Assembly: GCA_030390025.1 (NCBI GenBank)
Contig: CM059442.1
Span: 56,668,001-56,732,000, forward strand
Origin: Squalus acanthias
Lineage: Eukaryota
Length of the DNA: 64,000 nt
Reading direction: 5' to 3'
Part shown: positions 1 to 10,843 of the stretch, piece by piece
Numbering within the stretch: position 1 is the stretch's first letter
How the letters are laid out: each line of letters begins with the position of its first letter
Program-made: the position numbers and the translations under genes
The notes under the pieces: generated by a model
Database searches by the model: none
What the model was told of the DNA's origin: nothing
Seen by the model: only the letters and a program-made list of their open reading frames with translations

Positions 1-2915
1 TTGGCATTTCTTCGAAATATTCAACTTGAAGGATTCCTGTTCCAGTTTATTAGCTATTCAAAACTGGGAGAAGAGACTCAGTGGCGATGATAGTGTGATC
101 ATTAAACTGCCTCGGAATCTCGAAATAAAACACACAACTTCGCCAAAGCCTCCTCTGTGAGATGCCAGTCACCTCATTGCGGAGCTGGCTTTTGATGTCC
201 TTATATTATAATCTGTTCCTTAACCGATCCCCATCTAACATTGAAGGATCGGAGATGTCCTAACATTCGAGACCGGAATACCGTTTTTGAATGTTACGTT
301 CTATTTCGCTTGACTGGGGTATTTTCACTGGGACACAGAGCCGGTGCGTGTGGATCTTGCACATGTAACAGTTAGTTTATAAAACAGGTTCTGCCGGCTT
401 CTGTTGCCAATTGGCTTCGCTGGAAAATCACTGAGAACTCGGTAACAAGATAGGTCGCACTCAATGACAGTAAGGCGCCGGTTTCAAGAGCGAGTTTATT
501 TTTTTTGAGGGGGGGGTGGGGTGGGGAAGTGAAATAAGACAAATGCAGAAAAACAATGTTAATTTAATCTTTATTTTTGTCATTTAAAAAAATAATTCTG
601 AAACAATATAGAAATATACACACAAAACTCCTGCCACGGTGTCCTATAGTGTTCTGCCGTCCTGTACTATCAGCCCCGGGAAGCTGATTCCTGCTTTAAG
701 ATTTTTATTGCAAAGTTTAATCATTTGTGATTTTACAAATGGGTTCACCGAAAAGCTCTAACCTTCCATCACTTGCAAGGCGCCGCCACAGTACAATACA
801 AACCAAACTATCAAAACATATTTCACTTCAAACCGGCCCACGTGTGGTGTTCGTTCATATTTACAGGCAAAACATTCATTCCTTTCCCACTGCCCCCAAC
901 ATAGGCTTTAATTCAGAATCGGCCAACTGCTCCCTGGCCTGTGTAGGCTGACTGAGACCCAGCTCCCCAGTAAATGGATAATTGTTAGAACGTTTAAATA
1001 ACTTTTAATGGAAAATGTTGGGATTGTATGATTAAAAAGATAAGTGATTATATTAACGGCATCTAGAAGACAAATGGCTGTGATATTAAATATTTTTTTT
1101 AATTTAAAAAAATATATCTTGTTAAATATTTATTGATTTCCCTCTTATTTGATATCAGAAGGCGTTTGGCCAAAGAGCGTCTGAAAGAGCTATGAGACAT
1201 CGGGATGCCTCCTTCAGTCTCTGCCTGTCCTGTATTGTCTCGGATCCCCTGTGGAGCCAGGGGACAGATGCGGCGAAGGGCTCCTCCGGGGAACAGTCAA
1301 TTATTTAATTATACAGGGCTGCATTCATTAAGGGCGCGGGCCTGTTTCGTGGAGCCCCGACAGGAACACAACAGTTCAGCACCAACTCCTTGCCGACTGT
1401 GTGAACTGAGGGCCGCCTGCAATAACAAAGGGTCCAAGTTTACCTTGAACTTCCCGTCCTTCCGCGTAGGAAAACCAAGGAGATGAAGTCCCCAGCAAAT
1501 GTTATTACTCTTTCTATCGTTCGACTTCACTCTCACTCTCTCTCCCAACACACACACACAGCATGTTCAATTATTTAACTGTAAATGTGGTTGTCTATTA
1601 ATCACCCTTACATCCTTTACTATGCACATTTATGTATCCCTGTATATCTATCCACATGTATAGCATTGTATTGTCCATAACGCTTAAGCCACTTGGCGTG
1701 TATATATATATGTGTGTGTGTGTCGCTACAGTTGGCCTTTGTGTGGGTTTTTTTACGAGGATCCTCCATTATAATTCCACTGCGCGCATTATATATCTTT
1801 TTTAATATTTATTTCCGCGTGTCTAAACATTACTGAGCTGAAGATTTTAAATATTGATATCACAGCGACATCATCTTCCTACCAATACTTGCATTTCTCC
1901 GCGTCTGTCCTTCTATATTCACATATAGGTCAAGGCAGTCGCATCTATACTCTCTGTGAGATCCACTCATATATTGCACTCCCTGTAATGACATGTGCTG
2001 GGTTATTAAGACTATATTAATATCTTATATATATATATATGTGTGTGGACAGAGACGCAAATGCTTCCTAGTGGGAACCACGAGCATTCTGTTTTCAAGG
2101 TTTGCTATCAAATCACCTTAAAGACCCGTTTCAGTAGAAATAGCGCAGTGACCAAGCCTGTGTCTGTTTTATTGTATTATTTCAGGGAGGCGGAGAGGGG
2201 TCAATGCTCAGTCTCTGCCCGCGCCTCAGGCTCGCGTGGAAACGCTCCCAGTGTTCCGGCTCTTTTTTTTCGAGTTGATGTGACTGAAAGCTTATAGTTT
2301 TTGGTTTGGATTTTTAAAACGTGATCTGAAAATTAAACCTTATATCGGTAGCTTAGATTGCTGGCCGTCATTTTCTGTTGTTGTGAAAAGCACATTGGAA
2401 GAATCACCCGAGGACAGCCGAGTTTAACACCGTGCCACGGTCCATGGGGCGTCCGGTGAAACAGGAATACACTCCATGTCCCAATTTGGACATGCGAGGG
2501 TGTGGGTCGGGAAAAGGCTGCAATTACACAGTGGAGCAGAAATAGAGAAACCGAACCGTATAAAATATAAGTAGCGCACAAAAATAGACGGGGATGGGTA
2601 GAAAGACTTAGAGATTATAAAATGAATAACTGGACAGATACCATAAATAATATGCATTTAATACACAGTGAGCCGATATACACTGAACGAGGAGGGGTTC
2701 TGTGCATTAATATATGGAGACACTGTGAGATAGACCTATTAAGTAATACGAGCACTCGTACAGTGAATGAGTTTTCTCAAACACACTTATTTTATCCAGG
2801 GACTACTTTTCAAACTGATGGCCAAAAAAAATCACACCGGATTTTAAACCAGTTTACTTTAGGAGGCGAATGAAAGCGATTGGAGAACTGATAGTTACAG
2901 CCAGTGTTTCGAACC

Positions 2916-2918
<3 letters not shown>

Positions 2919-2948
<30 letters not shown>
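2919..2948. repeat. (TA)n microsatellite
   Basis: Direct read. Confidence 0.9.
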
Positions 2949-2950
<2 letters not shown>

Positions 2951-3677
2951 AGTAATGTTTAAGATCCTGCAGATAGATAGTGGGACACGTAGCAAGAAAC
3001 TGCAAGAGATGTTTTTTTTGGGGGGGGGGGGGGGGTGGGGGGTTAATTCACAGTAAATGGGCGAGGTAAAAGTGGTTCTTTAAGGGGAGCAATGATAGGG
3101 AAAGGAGTTCCCTCTGTACCAGCACCGAGTGATCGAGGGAACTTATGACTAACATCACTGATTGCCCGTGCTCCGGAATAAACTCACTCAGTACTTTTTT
3201 AAAAAAAAACAAGGTTCGTGTCGTTTATTAAACTGTACGCGACTGAAGCATTTCTCCCGATATGTGGCTTGAAAACAATTGTTACTGGCCTTCCAACAAG
3301 CGAACAGCATTCGCCTGATATCTGTTATATTCTCCGTCTGGTTTCCTGCTAGAATTATTGTGGCGCTGAAGACGCCTGGCCAGTATTAAATGTAGTTTTA
3401 CACCTAGGGATTCTCTCCGGCCTGAGGGTAAGGAGTCAGTGTATCTCCAGCACCGACTTTGTGCCCACGAATCGTTTCATTTCCCTCTGCCGGTTGGTAT
3501 GGGATCGTTCCTTTATCTATTTAAAAAAGGGATTATAATCTGTATTTCATGTACCGGTCTATTTTATAGCTCGCTTGTTGTGTGAATTCTATGTAAAAAT
3601 ATCTATACCTAGATCTCGGATCAATACTGGTCTCCACCTTGGTTCTTGTTATCTTTATTTCCGATTTATTTATTTAA

Positions 3678-3678
3678 T

Positions 3679-3719
<41 letters not shown>
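3678..3719. repeat. Compound (TC)n(AC)n microsatellite
   Basis: Direct read. Confidence 0.9.
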
Positions 3720-6700
3720 GTACTTTCGTTCTTTATGTTCTTCTGTTGCGCCTACCTTTTAATGAGCCGAGCTCCATTTGTTGTGCCATGTCAGTGGAAG
3801 CAATGGAGTAGCGAGCCCCAGAGACAGTCATTACCGCGCTCAAACACCCGGCTCCTTGCTTGCCTTTCAGCTCGTACTTTTAAAAAAAAAAATAATAAAA
3901 ATGTTCACAATTTCATTTCGGCCGACGTGAATTCCTCAGCCCAAAGATTCCATTGTCACCTTCACCGACAGGCTGCAAGCTAGAGAGAGAAAAGAAAGAA
4001 GATGGTTTTAATCCTCCAGACAGCTTGAAGACACCAACCGCGTTCAAAGCTAAACATCTAAATTGCGTGACCATTATTATATCTATTATATAACTATATG
4101 TAACCATATAGATATATATATAAATTATATCAATAACAGATACAATGTAATTCAGGCCCGCACCCTACCACATGACGAAGGTTGCAGAAAACATGCGATA
4201 CAACTGATACATTTGTTAGACTAAAATAGGAGAACATTTTGCAAAGTGTCTGAGTCACATGAGTAAAAGCTTCAGCGATTGAATGTGGAACGAGCCCCTT
4301 ATCAAACAGCTCTGCTTGTATTATTTATTAGAGATGCATTTGCGTTGGGCAGAACCTTTTTTGTTAGAACTTTATCATTATTGGCAACTTTATCAACATA
4401 ACTTTATCATTATTTACTCAAACTTCAAACCCCAATCTTTATTTTGTAGCCTTTGCGCTCATTGTCCTGCGGAGGTCTGTGCATTATTGTTTCTGATTAC
4501 TTTATTTGGCACGTGTTTTTTTTCTTTGCAAGATTAAAATGTGCGTGGATCCTAATGTGGGTTGCTTTTCATTCGGTGTTGAATTCCCGGTCACCGGTGG
4601 TTAATGGGACTCTTGTTTGTGTGTGTGTGTGTGTGTGTATAGAGTGCTTGCGCCGGATCCTGGAGCTCCGCTTCCCCGCCTTTCCTCTCAGGCTCCCCGG
4701 AGGACAGGCAGCCCTGGCTCTGCCTCCTCTCTCATCTCATCTGTCTGTCCGCTCCATCGGGCTGATTAACAAAACGCCAAACGCAACTCTATTCCTAATT
4801 CCCCAGATGTCAGTGTCAATCAGCTTTTAGATATATATATAGCTGTGGACGCCTTCTTCCTCCAGTAACTCTGCAGTTCTATAAATTGTTGGGAGGTGGG
4901 GCAGGGGGGGGGGGGGGAATAAAGGGTTTCCAGACACAGAGAGTGTCCTGCCTGCAGTTCTGAAGCAACGCTGCGCCCCGTCCATCTCGTAATAACACCG
5001 AAAAATTGTTTGGGGAAAAAGTCAATCTCATGTTATCTATCAATGTGTCTGAGACAGCAAGTAGAAAGCTGTATGAGGCGAGATAAAATATAAAACGAGT
5101 CCCATATGTATCTTGAACACAGACAGAGCGATCGATTTGATGACGGGTTATCAAGGAATGCATAAATTGCGTGTTCAAATCGTATTGAAGTTGGTTAATT
5201 TCCTTCCACGTCGCCCTTCTTTTTAAAAAAAACAACAACAAAAATCCTTCTCGCTATTGCCCTTCCAATTTCCGAAGAGAGACCACTTACCCTTTTGCAA
5301 ATAAATAACAGGGTAGGAGAGGGCTGGGTGGAGATTAGCTTGATCTGTCTTGCTCGCGTGTTCATGTTGAGATTGAAAAATAAATCTCCAGGATGCCCTT
5401 GAGAAACGTCTCAGCAAATTCTCCATTGCAACGATTCGCTCAAGCTGAAAAACAACAAGCTTGTAACATTGAAGGAATTTGCTTGTACAGTACTTAGAAG
5501 CCAGCTATTGAAAGAAAAGGTCATATTTAATCTGACCAGAACAGTTTTGATGGTTGTAGACAATAGAGGCGATCCCCCATTTTCTCTCTCTCTCTTTCCC
5601 CCCTCTCTCACTGCCAATAAACAAAAGACTATTTGCGATAAATGAGTTTTCCGAGATTTTTTTTAAAAAAAGGTGTAGTCTCGCCTTTGCTAAGCAGGAA
5701 TCCGGGAAATCTATAAATCGCCGAATCGGTTAATGAAAAAAAGAAATATATGACGGTGCAAATCATGTCCTCGACCCTTCTGATCCCTGTTTTCCGGAGG
5801 GAGGGCTTTGAGACGGGATGAACAGCTACAGAGGTTCCAGACACATTCACAGTATTGCAGTCAATAGCCTCCCACTCTTAAAGCGGGTACGCACAACTCA
5901 ATCGGGTCCTACTGGTCAGTTATTATTAGTTTTTCTATGATTTGCGAGGGTTCATACTCGTCTTTTCACCCGCAGATTTGAGCCTGCGTTGTGATTTCTT
6001 CTTCTTTTCAAAAAAAAATATAAATGTTGTGCAACTAAAAATGAACCCATTTTAGTTTCTCGCGGTGAAACGGCGCAGATGGTTTGACAATTTATGAAAG
6101 CGGGTGGCCACATACAATACATCGAAAGCTCGGAGACTACAATCTGTTTATTTCTTCAACTGATTTAACAAACTAGAGATTCGCGGACTGCAGTTGGTGG
6201 GCGGTTAGCAGTGAGGCGTTATTTCTGTACGGGGTGTGTGTGTGTGTGTGTTGGGGGGGCAAATTACAATGAACCCTTGGGATTGATGCGGCGTTTAGGG
6301 ATTAGAAAGAAATACATGTAATGAGAAGGCTCGAACAAACTCGCATAACGTGCCAGCTTCCAAGGCAATTCCACTTACTTGAAAGCAGCCAATGTGTGTG
6401 TACTAGGAACTAGAACGGCAGGGAGATTACTGCAAGGCAAACAATAGAGTGAAACGATTTGAGATACTCAGAGAGGAGATCACGCTGCATCATTTCTACA
6501 GACCTCAATGTTTGGCTATTAACGGTCTGGGGAAAGAGGGGGGACGGGACACGGGACTTTAATTCGACTTGTTCCTCTCAATTACGCGTGGGTGACATGA
6601 CAGCTTTAATAATCCAAGGACAACACAGCTCGACACAAAGAAAGCGTCTTTTCACTCGGCGAATCCCCCCCCCCCCCCCCAACACACACACACACCCCTG

Positions 6701-7429
6701 ATTTGTTGTCTTGATTTAGCAACATGCCCATCCGCGAATGATTCGAAGCAGCTTGATAGAGGGAATGATTGTAATTATTCCGAGTTACAATGCAACCGGG
6801 CCGATAGCCGCACCCGATGGAGATGGAGGTTATTTTTATTGTTGTTTGGCAATTCATTTCAGTTGAGACGTTCTGTGGGGGGACAACAGGGGATTCCAGT
6901 TACCAGCCTGTGACAGATTGTGTCCATTCTTGTTTGTTTTCCGTTGTTTTGATGAAAATAAGGACACTCGTGGAAGTCAAGTTGGGTCCAAGCAAACATA
7001 TTGCATTAAATGTGGAAAAAATAGATTCTGCCCTGATTTAAAAAGCACAGTGCGAGTTGGGCGTTTAATTGGGAACCAAATTAACCCATTTCTAATCCAA
7101 GCGGGCACACTTACAAAGTAATTCCGTTTAACTCCCTCAGATACAAATCCTGACCCGAGCATCCCATTTCTTAGCAACGTACGTCTCTCGTCTGCCGGTA
7201 TTAGGCTGCAGTGAAAGACCACATTTAGTTCAACGTTGTTTAAAAGTGTTGAAGATTCAGCTAAAAAAAAAAATTCGGATAAGAGGCATTAAAACAAAAA
7301 TCCCTTTTGCTTTTTGTATTCGGGATCAAAATAAGTTGGACTAAAAGTCAAATTACAAATCAGTTTGGCCTGGGAGTGAGAGAGAGAAACCGTCGCTTGA
7401 ATGGAAAAGGAATGTTGTTTTGTGAGTGG

Positions 7430-7760
7430 ATTTGCGAGCTCGGCCCTCCCCCGGGGGGGGGGGGGGGGGGACATGTGACCACGGGGTGGCGATTGCACTG
7501 ATTTCCCTGTCGCGGCGCTCCAGACTCGGCTGGGAGCGACACCAGAGGGCCCGGGGGCCTCCTCCAATCCGGGGGGGGGGGGGGGGGATGGAGATCCAGA
7601 CAGCGAGCAGCCAGCACCCCCACCCCCCTCCTCCTCCTCCACACACCGTCACAAGACACACGCTCACCGCCTGACCTGAGCTCCATTCCTGCGCTGCTCC
7701 GATCCAAGAGCATGTCGTAGGAAAAGCCCAAGCAAAAAAAAACCCCCAGCGCGCCAGTTG
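7430..7760. promoter_or_regulatory. GC/CpG-dense island with G/C tracts, possible upstream promoter or enhancer
   Basis: High GC and CpG, two poly-G tracts, (CCT)n, and a downstream GTAAGT at 7855. Confidence 0.4.
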
Positions 7761-8740
7761 TTCCATTTAATCGCCACTGTGTTTGTCAGTGAAACTGTAC
7801 TCTCTCTCTGTTTTGTGCCTTTTGTGTGCCTCGAACCAAACCGCGTGTGTCCCAGTAAGTACTGTATCTGTGTTATTGCGTGAGAGAATGGTGGTTGCTG
7901 TGATTCGGCTGGCGCCTAATCCTTTCGAGCCTGCAGAAACACTTTTCTTGCATAAAGAAATCCCAATTGTGCGCAGTTGTTGGAGCCGAATTCTAGTTAG
8001 CATTCCGCTCTCTGATCAATTAATTCAACGTGACACGAAATGGGGTTTACTTTTGCAAGAAAGCTCCTCGGAGGAGTAAAGAGGGCAACAAAGAGGCTTT
8101 TTTTTAAAAAAAAAGACATTTTTTTCTGTGTGTTAAATTTGTGCAACATTTCCGCACACGAGGCTGCTTAAAATCCAGCTTCCTTTAAAAAAAAACTTGG
8201 CGTAGATCGTTTTGTAGACGTGAGATTTGCTTTGCCTGTTTCTTCCCCCCTCCCCCCCCCCCCTGTCTGGCTTTTGCTGAGCTTGGACTCGGGCCAAAAC
8301 TCACTGAAGCTTGATTGAGCGTTGCAAGCCTGCAATGAAAATTACAGCCCAACTCCGCCGCTCCTTCCTCCATCTGGTTAATAGTCGGCACAGTGTTTAA
8401 AGCCAGATAGTTTGAGAGAGAGAGAGAGAGAGGGAAAGAAATGAGTGCAGCGTGTACCCGCAGGTCGGTGGTGACCTCGATCCCGTGGTCTGTAATAAAG
8501 ACTTCACACATGTCGCGCAAAGCGGTGAGCTGTAATCGGCAGCAGTCCCAGCATTGCGTGTTCTGCAAAGTTGTGTGTGTAGTGCCGTTTCTTGTGGAGG
8601 TTTATTCTCAGCAATAGCTTCTGCCCTTTAAAAGTACTTGTCAGGAGGCAGGCAGCACGAGAAACCCTAGCTTGCAGCTCTGCCTTGAAATGCGACAGTG
8701 CAGATTTTTCCACTTAACCTTTCCCAGCACATTATCCAAA

Positions 8741-8935
8741 CTACTGACTCGGTCGGTGCATGTTACCGAACCACTGACCCGGTGCACGGTAACCCACTAC
8801 TGACCCGGTGCACGGTAACCCACTACTGACCCGGTGCACGGTAACCCAATACTGACCCGGTGCACGGTAACCCAATACTAACCCGGTGCACGGTAACCCA
8901 ATACTGACCCGGTGCATGTTCGCCAAACTACCGAC
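8741..8935. repeat. GC-rich minisatellite, 26-bp unit ACTGACCCGGTGCACGGTAACCCA(C/A)T, ~7 copies including degenerate ends
   Basis: Units start at 8773, 8799, 8825, 8851, 8877 and 8903, plus a diverged unit at ~8743. Confidence 0.95.
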
Positions 8936-10074
8936 TCCAGAGACCACCCCCCCCCCCCTTCCAAATAAAAAGCGAAGCGACGTGTCCAGCAGTGTGTGAC
9001 CCCAGGCCGAATTATTCTCTGTGTAGGCTTTCCAGACTGTGAGAAGCCGTTAATGCCGATGATTTATATTTAAATAAATTTTAAACCATAGAAAAGAGAA
9101 TAACGAAGGTTCTCAAACGTGTCTCGAACTTCCAAAGGTCGATCCAGGCGGCGCTTGGCACGGTATCAATTCACAATGCCTGTATTGGCCGCACAATCTC
9201 TGTTTATGTGTGTGTGTGTGTGTGTCAGATATATTTCGTAGGCTGTCAATTTCAGGTCAGCCTCATAAATTTAAAATCGGCCGAACTTAATGGCAGAACC
9301 GTCGGTAATTATTACACTGAAATAAAAATCAAATCACTTTTAGAAAGGAAATTTGAAACAAAGGTGTCCGGGACGCAATGTGCTTGTTAAGAGTTCGTCA
9401 CTAACCTATCAAAAGTGGTTGAAAGGAATTTAAATCAGGATTCGAAGATCAGCTTTGACCTCCATTGTGCTTGATTTATCCGTGTATAAACTATTCAAAA
9501 TCGGCCAAGAATTCTGGCAGATAACATCTTTAATCTAATTTTTTTTACAAGAGACAAGTTGACGAAACTTGCTACAAATTCGCATTACACTATTTGACTT
9601 CGGTTGTCCCCTTATAGCTCACAGAAGCAGACGGTGTACACGCGTCCAGTTATTTTTTTTTTGATCACTCATTATTCTCCTTCCCCTTCAACTCTTGTCA
9701 AATACTCTCCAGGGAATTTGAAATGGAAAGCCTAGCACTGCCGTCCTTTGCCTCTGCACTTCTGTAATATGGGTCACTAGGTTTGACTTGCGCTCTGGGA
9801 CAGTCTAAAAGAAATGTTCTTAACACGGAGCTGAAGCAAAGGTGGACGATCTAGATCTTCACCAAGTCCCAGGACGCTCTAAAAATCAATTTCCTATCTG
9901 CATGAAGACTTCATATCATTAAATTATTCAAAATGTACGTTTTCTTACTAGCAATTGGCGTGATTAAAGCATTGCGGAGACATATTGTAAATGAATATTG
10001 TATTCCTTTTGTGCAACTTTAAATTATTTCCCAACTAGAAAAAACTAGTGTCACAGCTTTTGCATAACAATTAA

Positions 10075-10843
10075 ACTATTAGTACCTTGTTCCTATATAG
10101 CCAGTATTAGCACTGTGTTACCATATAGTCAGTATTAGCACAGTATTACCATATAGTCAGTATTAGCACTGTGTTACCATATAGTCAGTATTAGCACAGT
10201 ATTGCCATATAGTCAGTATTAGTACCTTGTTCCGATATAGTCAGTATTAGCACTGTGTTACCATATAGTCAGTATTAGCACAGTATTACCATATAGTCAG
10301 CATTAGCACAGTATTACCATATAGTCAGTATTAGCACAGTATTACCATATAGTCAGTATTAGCACAGTATTACCATATAGTCAGTATTAGCACAGTATTA
10401 CCATATAGTCAGTATTAGCACAGTATTACCATATAGTCAGTATTAGCACAGTATTACCATATAGCCAGTATTAGCACAGTATTACCATATAGTCAGTATT
10501 AGTACCTTGTTCCTATATAGCCAGTATTAGCACTGTGTTACCATATAGTCAGTATTAGCACAGTATTACCATATAGTCAGTATTAGCACTGTGTTACATA
10601 TAGTCAGTATTAGCACAGTACTGCCATATAGTCAGTATTAGCACAGTATTACCATATAGTCAGTATTAGAATCTTGTTTCCATATAGTCAGTATTAGCAC
10701 AGTATTACCATATAGTCAGTATTAGCACAGTATTACCATATAGTCAGTATTAGCACAGTATTACCATATAGTCAGTATTAGCACAGTGTTACCATATAGT
10801 CAGTATTAGAACCTTGTTTCCATATAGTCAGTATTAGCACTGT
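10075..10843. repeat. AT-rich minisatellite, 28-bp unit AGTATTAGCACAGTATTACCATATAGTC, ~27.5 copies with variant units
   Basis: 28-bp periodicity read directly (10103, 10131, 10159, ...), with one 1-bp deletion near 10598. Confidence 0.97.

Noticed and set aside
1376-1392. REST/RE1 site
   Set aside because: Only the left half TTCAGCACC is present; no GGACAG half.
3106-3143. 9-bp inverted repeat AGTTCCCTC...GAGGGAACT
   Set aside because: A short stem with a 20-nt loop, plausible by chance in 64 kb, with no supporting context.
7289-7766. Overlapping Pro/Gly-rich ORFs
   Set aside because: Produced by G/C homopolymers in several frames; no recognisable domain.
10075-10843. CRISPR-like array
   Set aside because: The variable segments are only 12 nt and recur as a few related variants. 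There are no cas genes and the context is vertebrate. It is a minisatellite.
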